Of a stretch of DNA of 64,000 bases, positions 10,300 through 24,681 are shown in pieces. A model generated the notes under the pieces. It was not told the DNA's origin, did not search any database, and saw nothing but the letters and a program-made list of their open reading frames with translations. Made by a program: the position numbers and the translations under genes. The stretch is from assembly GCA_964016885.1 (NCBI GenBank), contig OZ024741.1, positions 256,804,001 to 256,868,000 on the forward strand, given 5' to 3'. This DNA comes from Eledone cirrhosa (Eukaryota). Every line of letters begins with the position of its first letter. Position 1 is the stretch's first letter.

Positions 10300-13200
10300 G
10301 TTTCGCTTTACGAGTGTTTCGACTTACGAGTGTTTCGACTTACGAGTGTTTCGGCTTACGATTGTTTTGACTTACGAGTGTTTTGACTTACGGGTGTTTC
10401 GGCTTACGAGTGTTTCGACTTACGAGTGTTCTGACTTACGAGTGTTCTGACTTACGAGTGTTTCGGCTTACGAGTGTTTCGACTTACGAGTGTTGTGACT
10501 TACGAGTGTTTCGACTTACGAGCGTTCCGACTTACGAGTGTTTCGGCTTACGAATGTTCCGACTTACGAGTGTTTCGACTTACGAGTGTTTCGACTTACG
10601 AGCGTTTTGACTTACGAGTGTTTTGACTTACGGTGTTTCTGCTTACGAGTGTTTCGACTTACGAGGGTTAAGACTTACGGGTGTTTTGACATACGAGTGT
10701 TTCGACTTACGAGTGTTACGAGTGTTCTGACTTACGAGTGTTTCGACTTACGAGTGTTCTGACCTACGAGTGTTCTGACTTACGTGTGTTTCGACTTACG
10801 AGTGTTTTGACTTACGGGTGATTCGACTTACGAGTGTTTCGACTTACGAGTGTTCTGACCTACGAGTGTTCTGACTTACGAGTGTTCCTACTTACGAGTG
10901 TTTCGACTTACGAGTGTTTCGACTTGCGAGTGTTTCGACTTACGAATGTTCCGACTTACGAAAATAACAAATAGACGCGGTTTCAAATATCTATGCTTTT
11001 CAAATTCATTACATTAATCTTTATTTATACGTTTCGCTTTACGAGTGTTTCGGCGTACGAGTGTTTCGACTTACGAGTGTTTTAACTTACGGTTGTTTCG
11101 ACTTACGCGTGTTTCGACTACGAATGTTCCGACTTACGAGTGTTTCGACTTACGAGTGTTTCGACTTACGAGTGCTTCGACTTACGAATGTTTTGACTTA
11201 CTTCGACTTACGAGTGATCTGACTTACGAGTGTTCCTACTTACGAGTGTTCCGACTTACGTGTGTTTCGACTTACGAGTGTTTTGACTTACGGGTGTTTC
11301 GACTTACGAGTGTTTCGACTTACGAGTGTTTCGAGTTACGGGTGTTTCGACTTACGAGTGTTTTGACTTACGAGTGTTAAGACTTACGGGTGTTTTGACA
11401 TACGAGTGTTTCGATACGAGTGTTTCGACTTACGAGTGTTTTGACTTACGGGTGTTTTGACATACGAGTGTTTCGATTCGAGTGTTCTGACTTACGAGTG
11501 TTCTGACTTACGAGTGTTCTGACTTACGAGTGTTCTGACTTACGAGTGTTCCGACTTACGAGTGATCTGACTTACGAGTGTTCCTACTTACGAGTGTTTC
11601 GACTTACGAGTGTTTCGACTTGCGAGTGTTTCGACTTACGAATGTTCCGACTTACGAAAATAACAAATAGACGCCGTTTCAAATATCTATGCTTTTCAAA
11701 TTCATTACATTAATCTTTATTTATACGTTTCGCTTTACGAGTGTTTCGGCGTACGAGTGTTTCGACTTACGAGTGTTTTAACTTACGGTTGTTTCGACTT
11801 ACGCGTGTTTCGACTACGAATGTTCCGACTTACGAGTGTTTCGACTTACGAGTGTTTCGACTTACGAGTGCTTTGACTTACGAATGTTTTGACTTACTTC
11901 GACTTACGAGTGATCTGACTTACGAGTGTTCCTACTTACGAGTGTTTCGACTTACGAGTGTTTCGACTTACGAAAATAACAAATAGACGCGGTTTCAAAT
12001 CTCTATGCTTTTCAAATTCATTACATTAATCTTTATTTATACGTTTCGCTTTACGAGTGTTTCGAGTTACGAGTGTCTCGACATACGAGTGATTCGGCTA
12101 ACGAGTGTTTTGATTTACGAGTGTTTTGACTTACGGGTGCTTCGACTTACGCGTGTTTCGACTTACGAGTGTTTCGACTTACGAGTGTTTCGACTTACGA
12201 TTGTTTCGGCTTACGAGTGTTTCGACTTACGAGTGTTCTAACTACGAGTGTTCTGACTTACGGGTGTTCTGACTTACGAGTGTTCCGACTTACGAGTGTT
12301 TCGGCTTATGAGTGTTTCGACTTACAAGTGCTTCGACTTACGAGTGTTTCGGCTTACGGGTGTTTCGACTTACGAATGTTTTTGCTTACGAGTGTTTCGG
12401 CTTACGAGTGTTTCGGCTTATGAGTGTTTCGACTTACAAGTGTTTTGACTTACGGGTGTTTTGACATACGAGTGTTTCGATACGAGTGTTCTGACTTACG
12501 AGTGTTTCCGCTTACGAGTGTTTCGGCTTACGAGTGTTTCGACTTACTAATGTTTTTACTTACGAGTGTTTCGGTGTACGAGTGTTTCGACTCAAGGATG
12601 TTTCGACTTACGAGTGTTTCGACTTACGAGTGTTTCGACTTACGAGTGTTTTGGCTTACGAATGTTTTGATTTACGGGTGTTTCGACTTACGGGTGTTTC
12701 GGCTTACGAGTGTTTCGACTTATGAGTGTTCCGACTTACGAGTGTTTCGACTTACGAGTGTTCTGACTACGAGTGTTCTGACTTACGGGTGCTCTGACTT
12801 ACGAGTGTTTCGACTTACGAGGGTTTCGACTTATGAGTGTTTCGGCTTACGAGTGTTTTGACTTACGAGTGTTCTGACTACGAGTTTTCTGACTTACGAG
12901 TGTTTCGGCTTATGAGTGTTTCGACTTACGAGTGTTTCGGCTTATGAGTGTTTCGACTTACGAGTGTTTCGGCTTACGAGTGTTTCGACTTACGAGTGTT
13001 TCGACTTACGAGTGTTTCGACTTACGGGTGTTTCGACTTACGAGTGTTTCGACTACGAGTGTTTCGACTTACGAATGTTTCGGCTTACGAGTGTTTCGAC
13101 ATACGGGTGTTTCGACTTACGGTGTTTCGGCTTACGAGTGTTTCGACTTACGAGTGTTCTGACTTACGAGTGTTCTGACTTACGAGTGTTCCGACTTACG

Positions 13201-16200
13201 AGTGTTTCGGCTTACGAGTGTTTCGGCTTACGAGTGTTTCGACTTACGAGTGTTTCGACTTACGAGTGTTTCGACTTACGAGTGTTTCGACTTACGAGTG
13301 TTTTGACTTACGGTGTTTCGGCTTACGAGTGTTTCGACTTACGAGTGTTTTGACTTACTGGTGTTTTGACATACGAGTGTTTCGATACGAGTGTTTCGAC
13401 TTACGAGTGTTCTGACTTACGAGTGTTCTGACTTACGAGTGTTCTAACTTACGAGTGTTCTGACTTACGAGTGTTCTGACTTACGAGTGTTCCGACTTAC
13501 GAGTGTTTCGGCTCACCAGTGTTTCGGCTTACAATGTTTCGACTTACGAAAATAACAAATAGACGCGGTTTCAAATCTCTATGCTTTTCATATTCATTAC
13601 ATTAATCTTTATTTATACGTTTCGCCTTACGAGTGTTTCAACTTACGAGTGTTTCGACTTACGAGTGTTTCGGCTGACGAGTGTTTCGACTTACGAGTGT
13701 TTTGACTTACGGGTGTTTTGACATACGAGTGTTTCGATACGAGTGTTCTGACTTACGAGTGTTCTGACTTACGAGTGTTCTGACTTACGAGTGTTCTGAC
13801 TTACGAGTGTTCTGACATACGTGTGTTCTGACTTACGAGTGTTCCGATTTACGAGTGTTTCGGCTTATGAGTGTTTCGACTTACGAATGTTTTTGCTTAC
13901 GGGTGTTTCGACTTACGAATGTTTTTGCTTACGAGTGTTTCGGCTTACGAGTGTTTCGACTTACGAAAATAACAAATAGACGTGGTTTCAAATCTCTATG
14001 CTTTTCAAATTCATTACATTAATCTTTATTTACACGTTTCGCTTTACTAGTGTTTCGACTTACGAGTGTTTCGACTTACGAGTGTTTCGACTTACGAGTG
14101 TTTCGACTTACGAGTGTTTTGACTTACGAGTGTTCTGACTTACGAGTGTTCTGAATTACGAGTGTTTCGACTTACGAGTGTTCTGACTTACGAGTGTTCT
14201 GACTTACGAGTGTTCCGACTTACGAGTGTTTCGACTTACGAGTGTTTCGACTTACGAGTGTTTCGGCTTACGAGTGTTTTGACTTACGAATGTTCTGACT
14301 ACGAGTGTTCTGACTTACGAGTGTTTCGGCTTATGAGTGTTTCGACTTACGAGTGTTTCGGCTTATGAGTGTTTCGACTTACGAGTGTTTCGGCTTACGA
14401 TTGTTTCAACTTACGAGTGTTTCGACTTACGAGTGTTTCGACATACGGGTGTTTCGACTTACGAGTGTTTCGACTACGAGTGTTTCGACTTACGAGTGTT
14501 TCGGCTTACGAGTGTTTCGACATACGAATGTTCTGACTTACGAGTGTTCTGACTTACGAGTGTTCTGACTTACGAGTGTTCTGACTTACGATTGTTCCGA
14601 CTTACGAGTGTTTCGGCTTACGAGTGTTTCGGCTTACGAGTGTTTCGACTTACGAGTGTTTCGATTTACGAGTGTTTCGAATTACGAGTGCTTTGACTTA
14701 CGGTGTTTCGGCTTACGAGTGTTTCGACTTACGAGTGTTTTGACTTACTGGTGTTTTGACATACGAGTGTTTCGATACGAGTGTTTCGACTTACGAGTGT
14801 TCTGACTTACGAGTGTTCTGACTTACGAGTGTTCTGACTTACGAGTGTTCTAACTTACGAGTGTTCTGACTTACGAGTGTTCTGACTTACGAGTGTTCCG
14901 ACTTACGAGTGTTTCGGCTCACCAGTGTTTCGGCTTACGAGTGTTTCGACTTACGAAAATAACAAATAGACGCGGTTTCAAATCTCTATGCTTTTCAAAT
15001 TCATTACATTAATCTTTATTTATACGTTTCGCTTTACGAGTGTTTCGACTTACGAGTGTTTCGACTTACGAGGGTTTCGGCTTACGATTGTTTTGACTTA
15101 CGAGTGTTTTGACTTACGGGTGTTTCGGCTTACGAGTGTTTCGACTTACGAGTGTTCTGACTTACGAGTGTTCTGACTTACGAGTGTTTCGGCTTACGAG
15201 TGTTTCGACTTACGAGTGTTGTGACTTACGAGTGTTTCGACTTACGAGCGTTCCGACTTACGAGTGTTTCGGCTTACGAATGTTCCGACTTACGAGTGTT
15301 TCGACTTACGAGTGTTTCGACATATGAGCGTTTTGACTTACGAGTGTTTTGACTTACGGTGCTTCTGCTTACGAGTGTTTCGACTTACGAGTGTTAAGAC
15401 TTACGGGTGTTTTGACATACGAGTGTTTCGACTTACGAGTTTTACGAGTGTTCTGACTTAAGAGTGTTTCGACTTAAGAGTGTTCTGACCTACGAGTGTT
15501 CTGACTTACGTGTGTTTCGACTTACGAGTGTTTTGACTTACGGGTGTTTCGACTTACGAGTGTTTCGACTTACGAGTGTTTCGAGTTACGGGTGTTTCGA
15601 CTTACGAGTGTTTTGACTTACGAGTGTTAAGACTTACGGGTGTTTTGACATACGAGTGTTTCGATACGAGTGTTTCGACTTACGAGTGTTTTGACTTACG
15701 GGTGTTTTGACATACGAGTGTTTCGATACGAGTGTTTCGAGTACGAGTGTTTCGACTTACGAGTGTTTCGGCTTACGAGTGTTTCGACTTACGAGTGTTC
15801 TGACCTACGAGTGTTCTGACTTACGAGTGTTCCTACTTACGAGTGTTTCGACTTACGAGTGTTTCGACTTGCGAGTGTTTCGACTTACGAATGTTCCGAC
15901 TTACGAAAATAACAAATAGACGCGGTTTCAAATATCTATGCTTTTCAAATTCATTACATTAATCTTTATTTATACGTTTCGCTTTACGAGTGTTTCGGCG
16001 TACGAGTGTTTCGACTTACGAGTGTTTTAACTTACGGTTGTTTCGACTTACGCGTGTTTCGACTACGAATGTTCCGACTTACGAGTGTTTCGACTTACGA
16101 GTGTTTCGACTTACGAGTGCTTTGACTTACGAATGTTTTGACTTACTTCGACTTACGAGTGATCTGACTTACGAGTGTTCCTACTTACGAGTGTTCTGAC

Positions 16201-19200
16201 TTACGTGTGTTTCGACTTACGAGTGTTTTGACTTACGGGTGTTTCGACTTACGAGTGTTTCGACTTACGAGTGTTTCGAGTTACGGGTGTTTCGACTTAC
16301 GAGTGTTTTGACTTACGAGTGTTAAGACTTACGGGTGTTTTGACATACGAGTGTTTCGATACGAGTGTTTCGACTTACGAGTGTTTTGACTTACGGGTGT
16401 TTTGACATACGAGTGTTTCGATACGAGTGTTCTGACTTACGAGTGTTCTGACTTCCGAGTGTTCTGACTTACAAGTGTTCTGACTTACGAGTGTTCCGAC
16501 TTACGAGTGATCTGACTTACGAGTGTTCCTACTTACGAGTGTTTCGACTTACGAGTGTTTCGACTTGCGAGTGTTTCGACTTACGAATGTTCCGACTTAC
16601 GAAAATAACAAATAGACGCGGTTTCAAATATCTATGCTTTTCAAATTCATTACATTAATCTTTATTTATACGTTTCGCTTTACGAGTGTTTCGGCGTACG
16701 AGTGTTTCGACTTACGAGTGTTTTAACTTACGGTTGTTTCGAATTACGCGTGTTTCGACTACGAATGTTCCGACTTACGAGTGTTTCGACTTACGAGTGT
16801 TTCGACTTACGAGTGCTTTGACTTACGAATGTTTTGACTTACTTCGACTTACGAGTGATCTGACTTACGAGTGTTCCTACTTACGAGTGTTTCGACTTAC
16901 GAGTGTTTCGACTTGCGAGTGTTTCGACATACGAGTGTTTCGACTTACGAAAATAACAAATAGACGCGGTTTCAAATCTCTATGCTTTTCAAATTCATTA
17001 CATTAATCTTTATTTATACGTTTCGCTTTACGAGTGTTTCGAGTTACGAGTGTTTCGACATACGAGTGATTCGGCTAACGAGTGTTTTGATTTACGAGTG
17101 TTTTGACTTACGGGTGCTTCGACTTACGCGTGTTTCGACTTACGAGTGTTTCGACTTACGAGTGTTTCGACTTACGATTGTTTCGGCTTACGAGTGTTTC
17201 GACTTACGAGTGTTCTGACTACGAGTGTTCTGACTTACGGGTGTTCTGACTTACGAGTGTTCCGACTTACGAGTGTTTCGGCTTATGAGTGTTTCGACTT
17301 ACAAGTGCTTCGACTTACGAGTGTTTCGGCTTACGGGTGTTTCGACTTACGAATGTTTTTGCTTACGAGTGTTTCGGCTTACGAGTGTTTCGGCTTATGA
17401 GTGTTTCGACTTACAAGTGTTTTGACTTACGGGTGTTTTGACATACGAGTGTTTCGATACGAGTGTTCTGACTTACGAGTGTTTCCGCTTACGAGTGTTT
17501 CGGCTTACGAGTGTTTCGACTTACTAATGTTTTTACTTACGAGTGTTTCGGTGTACGAGTGTTTCGACTTAAGGATGTTTCGACTTACGAGTGTTTCGAC
17601 TTACGAGTGTTTCGACTTACGAGTGTTTCGACTTACGAGTGTTTTGGCTTACGAATGTTTTGACATACGGGTGTTTCGACTTACGGGTGTTTCGGCTTAC
17701 GAGTGTTTCGACTTATGAGTGTTCCGACTTACGAGTGTTTCGACTTACGAGTGTTCTGACTACGAGTGTTCTGACTTACGTGTGCTCTGACTTACGAGTG
17801 TTTCGACTTACGAGTGTTCCGACTTACGAGTGTTTCGACTTACGAGTGTTTCGACTTACGAGCGTTTTGACTTACGAGTGTTTTGACTTACGGTGTTTCT
17901 GCTTACGAGTGTTTAGACTTACGAGGGTTAAGACTTACGGGTGTTTTGACATACGAGTGTTTCGACTTACGAGTGTTACGAGTGTTCTGACTTACGAGTG
18001 TTTCGACTTACGAGTGTTCTGACCTACGAGTGTTCTGACTTACGAGTGTTTCGACTTACGAGTGTTTCGAGTTATGAGTGTTCCGACTTACGAGTGTTTC
18101 GACTTACGAGTGTTCTGACTACGAGTGTTCTGACTTACGGGTGCTCTGACTTACGAGTGTTTCGACTTACGAGTGTTTCGACTTATGAGTGTTTCGGCTT
18201 ACGAGTGTTTTGACTTACGAGTGTTCTGACTACGAGTGTTCTGACTTACGAGTGTTTCGGCTTATGAGTGTTTCGACTTACGAGTGTTTCGGCTTATGAG
18301 TGTTTCGACTTACGAGTGTTTCGGCTTACGAGTGTTTCGACTTACGAGTGTTTCGACTTACGAGTGTTTCAACTTACGAGTGTTTCGACTTACGAGTGTT
18401 TCGACTTACGGGTGTTTCGACTTACGAGTGTTTCGACTACGAGTGTTTCGACTTACGAGTGTTTCGGCTTACGAGTGTTTCGACATACGGGTGTTTCGAC
18501 TTACGGTGTTTCGGCTTACGAGTGTTTCGACTTACGAGTGTTCTGACTTACGAGTGTTCTGACTTACGAGTGTTCCGACTTACGAGTGTTTCGGCTTACG
18601 AGTGTTTCGGCTTACGAGTGTTTCGACTTACGAGTGTTTCGACTTACGAGTGTTTCGACTTACGAGTGTTTCGACTTACGAGTGTTTTGACTTACGGTGT
18701 TTCGGCTTACGAGTGTTTCGACTTACGAGTGTTTTGACTTACTGGTGTTTTGACATACGAGTGTTTCGATACGAGTGTTTCGACTTACGAGTGTTCTGAC
18801 TTACGAGTGTTCTGACTTACGAGTGTTCTAACTTACGAGTGTTCTGACTTACGAGTGTTCTGACTTACGAGTGTTCCGACTTACGAGTGTTTCGGCTCAC
18901 CAGTGTTTCGGCTTACGAGTGTTTCGACTTACGAAAATAACAAATAGACGCGGTTTCAAATCTCTATGCTTTTCATATTCATTACATTAATCTTTATTTA
19001 TACGTTTCGCCTTACGAGTGTTTCGACTTACGAGTGTTTCGACTTACGAGTGTTTCGGCTTACGAGTGTTTCGACTTACGAGTGTTTTGACTTACGGGTG
19101 TTTTGACATACGAGTGTTTCGATACGAGTGTTCTGACTTACGAGTGTTCTGACTTACGAGTGTTCTGACTTACGAGTGTTCTGACTTACGAGTGTTCTGA

Positions 19201-22200
19201 CTTACGAGTGTTCTGACTTACGAGTGTTCCGATTTACGAGTGTTTCGGCTTATGAGTGTTTCGACTTACGAATGTTTTTGCTTACGGGTGTTTCGACTTA
19301 CGAATGTTTTTGCTTACGAGTGTTTCGGCTTACGAGTGTTTCGACTTACGAGTGTTTCGGCTTACGAGTGTTTTGACTTACGAATGTTCTGACTACGAGT
19401 GTTCTGACTTACGAGTGTTTCGGCTTATGAGTGTTTCGGCTTACGAGTGTTTCGACATACGGGTGTTTCGACTTACGGTGTTTCGGCTTACGAGTGTTTC
19501 GACTTACGAGTGTTCTGACTTACGAGTGTTCTGACTTACGAGTGTTCTGACTTACGAGTGTTCCGACTTACGAGTGTTTCGGCTTACGAGTGTTTCGGCT
19601 TACGAGTGTTTCGGCTTACGAGTGTTTTGACTTACGAGTGTTTTGACTTACGGTGTTTCGGCTTACGAGTGTTTCGACTTACGAGTGTTTCGACTTACGA
19701 GTGTTTTGACTTACGGTGTTTCGGCTTACGAGTGTTTCGACTTACGAGTGTTTTGACTTACTGGTGTTTTGACATACGAGTGTTTCGATACGAGTGTTTC
19801 GACTTACGAGTGTTCTGACTTACGAGTGTTCTGACTTACGAGTGTTCTGACTGACGAGTGTTCTAACTTACGAGTGTTCTGACTTACGAGTGTTCTGACT
19901 TACGAGTGTTCCGACTTACGAGTGTTTCGGCTCACCAGTGTTTCGGCTTACGAGTGTTTCGACTTACGAAAATAACAAATAGACGCGGTTTCAAATCTCT
20001 ATACTTTTCAAATTCATTACATTAATCTTTATTTATACGTTTCGCTTTACGAGTGTTTCGACTTACGAGTGTTTCGACTTACGAGTGTTTCGGCTTACGA
20101 TTGTTTTGACTTACGAGTGTTTTGACTTACGGGTGTTTCGGCCTACGAGTGTTTCGACTTACGAGTGTTCTGACTTACGAGTGTTCTGACTTACGAGCGT
20201 TCCGACTTACGAGTGTTTCGGCTTACGAGTGTTCCGACTTACGAGTGTTTCGACTTACGAGTGTTTCGACTTACGAGCGTTTTGACTTACGAGTGTTTTG
20301 ACTTACGGTGTTTCTGCTTACGAGTGTTTCGACTTACGAGGGTTAAGACTTACGGGTGTTTTGACATACGAGTGTTTCGACTTACGAGTGTTACCAGTGT
20401 TCTGACTTACGAGTGTTTCGACTTACGAGTGTTCTGACCTACGAGTGTTCTGACTTACGAGTGTTTCGACTTACGAGTGTTTTGACTTACGGGTGTTTCG
20501 ACTTACGAGTGTTTCGACTTACGAGTGTTTCGAGTTACGGGTGTTTCGACTTACGAGTGTTTTGACTTACGAGTGTTAAGACTTACGGGTGTTTTGACAT
20601 ACGAGTGTTTCGATACGAGTGTTTCGACTTACGAGTGTTTTGACTTACGGGTGTTTTGACATACGAGTGTTTCGAAACGAGTGTTTCGACTACGAGTGTT
20701 TCGACTTACGAGTGTTTCGGCTTACGAGTGTTTCGACATACGGGTGTTTCGATTTACGGTGTTTCGGCTTACGAGTGTTTCGACTTACGAATGTTCTGAC
20801 TTACGAGTGTTCTGACTTACGAGTGTTCTGACTTACGAGTGTTCTGACTTACGATTGTTCCGACTTACGAGTGTTTCGGCTTACGAGTGTTTCGGCTTAC
20901 GAGTGTTTCGACTTACGAGTGTTTCGATTTACGAGTGTTTCGACTTCCGAGTGCTTTGACTTACGGTGTTTCGGCTTACGAGTGTTTCGACTTACGAGTG
21001 ATTTGACTTACTGGTGTTTTGACATACGAGGGTTTCGATACGAGTGTTTCGACTTACGAGTGTTTTAACTTACGGTTGTTTCGAATTACGCGTGTTTCGA
21101 CTACGAATGTTCCGACTTACGAGTGTTTCGACTTACGAGTGTTTCGACTTACGAGTGTTTTGACTTACGGGTGTTTCGACTTACGAGTGTTTCGACTTAC
21201 GAGTGTTTCGGCTTACGAGTGTTTCGACTTAAGAGTGTTCTGACTTACGAGTGTTTCGACTTACGAGCGTTCCGACTTACGAGTGTTTCGGCTTACGAGT
21301 GTTCCGACTTACGAGTGTTTCGACTTACGAGTGTTTCGACTTACGAGCGTTTTGTCTTACGAGTGTTTTGACTTACGGTGTTTCTGCTTACGAGTGTTTC
21401 GACTTACGAGTGTTAAGACTTACGGGTGTTTTGACATACGAGTGTTTCGACTTACGAGTGTTACGAGTGTTCTGACTTACGAGTGTTTCGACTTACGAGT
21501 GTTCTGACCTACGAGTGTTCTGACTTACGAGTGTTTCGACTTACGAGTGTTTTGACTTACGGGTGTTTCGACTTACGAGTGTTTCGACTTACGAGTGTTT
21601 CGAGTTACGGGTGTTTCGACTTACGAGTGTTTTGACTTACGAGTGTTAAGACTTACGGGTGTTTTGACATACGAGTGTTTCGATACGAGTGTTTCGACTT
21701 ACGAGTGTTTTGACTTACGGGTGTTTTGACATACGAGTGTTTCGATACGAGTGTTTCGAGTACGAGTGTTTCGACTTACGAGTGTTTCGGCTTACGAGTG
21801 TTTCGACATACGGGTGTTTCGATTTACGGTGTTTCGGCTTACGAGTGTTTCGACTTACGAATGTTCTGACTTACGAGTGTTCTGACTTACGAGTGTTCTG
21901 ACTTACGAGTGTTCTGTCTTACGATTGTTCCGACTTACGAGTGTTTCGGCTTACGAGTGTTTCGGCTTACGAGTGTTTCGACTTACGAGTGTTTCGATTT
22001 ACGAGTGTTTCGACTTACGAGTGCTTTGACTTACGGTGTTTCGGCTTACGAGTGTTTCGACTTACGAGTGTTTTGACTTACTGGTGTTTTGACATACGAG
22101 TGTTTCGATACGAGTGTTTCGACTTACGAGTGTTCTGACTTACGAGTGTTCTGACTTACGAGTGTTCTGACTTACGAGTGTTCTAACTTACGAGTGTTCT

Positions 22201-24681
22201 GACTTACGAGTGTTCTGACTTACGAGTGTTCCGACTTACGAGTGTTTCGGCTCACCAGTGTTTCGGCTTACGAGTGTTTCGACTTACGAAAATAACAAAT
22301 AGACGCGGTTTCAAATCTCTATGCTTTTCAAATTCATTACATTAATCTTTATCTATACGTTTCGCTTTACGAGTGTTTCGACTTACGAGTGTTTCGACTT
22401 ACGAGTGTTTCGGCTTACGATTGTTTTGACTTACGAGTGTTTTGACTTACGGGTGTTTCGGCTTACGAGTGTTTCGACTTACGAGTGTTCTGACTTACGA
22501 GTGTTCTGACTTACGAGTGTTTCGGCTTACGAGTGTTTCGACTTACGAGTGTTGTGACTTACGAGTGTTTCGACTTACGAGCGTTCCGACTTACGAGTGT
22601 TTCGGCTTACGAATGTTCCGACTTACGAGTGTTTCGACTTACGAGTGTTTCGACTTACGAGCGTTTTGACTTACGAGTGTTTTGACTTACGGTGTTTCTG
22701 CTTACGAGTGTTTCGACTTACGAGGGTTAAGACTTACGGGTGTTTTGACATACGAGTGTTTCGACTTACGAGTGTTACGAGTGTTCTGACTTACGAGTGT
22801 TTCGACTTACGAGTGTTCTGACCTACGAGTGTTCTGACTTACGTGTGTTTCGACTTACGAGTGTTTTGACTTACGGGTGATTCGACTTACGAGTGTTTCG
22901 ACTTACGAGTGTTCTGACCTACGAGTGTTCTGACTTACGAGTGTTCCTACTTACGAGTGTTTCGACTTACGAGTGTTTCGACTTGCGAGTGTTTCGACTT
23001 ACGAATGTTCCGACTTACGAAAATAACAAATAGACGCGGTTTCAAATATCTATGCTTTTCAAATTCATTACATTAATCTTTATTTATACGTTTCGCTTTA
23101 CGAGTGTTTCGGCGTACGAGTGTTTCGACTTACGAGTGTTTTAACTTACGGTTGTTTCGACTTACGCGTGTTTCGACTACGAATGTTCCGACTTACGAGT
23201 GTTTCGACTTACGAGTGTTTCGACTTACGAGTGCTTCGACTTACGAATGTTTTGACTTACTTCGACTTACGAGTGATCTGACTTACGAGTGTTCCTACTT
23301 ACGAGTGTTCCGACTTACGTGTGTTTCGACTTACGAGTGTTTTGACTTACGGGTGTTTCGACTTACGAGTGTTTCGACTTACGAGTGTTTCGAGTTACGG
23401 GTGTTTCGACTTACGAGTGTTTTGACTTACGAGTGTTAAGACTTACGGGTGTTTTGACATACGAGTGTTTCGATACGAGTGTTTCGACTTACGAGTGTTT
23501 TGACTTACGGGTGTTTTGACATACGAGTGTTTCGATTCGAGTGTTCTGACTTACGAGTGTTCTGACTTACGAGTGTTCTGACTTACGAGTGTTCTGACTT
23601 ACGAGTGTTCCGACTTACGAGTGATCTGACTTACGAGTGTTCCTACTTACGAGTGTTTCGACTTACGAGTGTTTCGACTTGCGAGTGTTTCGACTTACGA
23701 ATGTTCCGACTTACGAAAATAACAAATAGACGCCGTTTCAAATATCTATGCTTTTCAAATTCATTACATTAATCTTTATTTATACGTTTCGCTTTACGAG
23801 TGTTTCGGCGTACGAGTGTTTCGACTTACGAGTGTTTTAACTTACGGTTGTTTCGACTTACGCGTGTTTCGACTACGAATGTTCCGACTTACGAGTGTTT
23901 CGACTTACGAGTGTTTCGACTTACGAGTGCTTTGACTTACGAATGTTTTGACTTACTTCGACTTACGAGTGATCTGACTTACGAGTGTTCCTACTTACGA
24001 GTGTTTCGACTTACGAGTGTTTCGACTTACGAAAATAACAAATAGACGCGGTTTCAAATCTCTATGCTTTTCAAATTCATTACATTAATCTTTATTTATA
24101 CGTTTCGCTTTACGAGTGTTTCGAGTTACGAGTGTCTCGACATACGAGTGATTCGGCTAACGAGTGTTTTGATTTACGAGTGTTTTGACTTACGGGTGCT
24201 TCGACTTACGCGTGTTTCGACTTACGAGTGTTTCGACTTACGAGTGTTTCGACTTACGATTGTTTCGGCTTACGAGTGTTTCGACTTACGAGTGTTCTAA
24301 CTACGAGTGTTCTGACTTACGGGTGTTCTGACTTACGAGTGTTCCGACTTACGAGTGTTTCGGCTTATGAGTGTTTCGACTTACAAGTGCTTCGACTTAC
24401 GAGTGTTTCGGCTTACGGGTGTTTCGACTTACGAATGTTTTTGCTTACGAGTGTTTCGGCTTACGAGTGTTTCGGCTTATGAGTGTTTCGACTTACAAGT
24501 GTTTTGACTTACGGGTGTTTTGACATACGAGTGTTTCGATACGAGTGTTCTGACTTACGAGTGTTTCCGCTTACGAGTGTTTCGGCTTACGAGTGTTTCG
24601 ACTTACTAATGTTTTTACTTACGAGTGTTTCTGTGTACGAGTGTTTCGACTCAAGGATGTTTCGACTTACGAGTGTTTCGA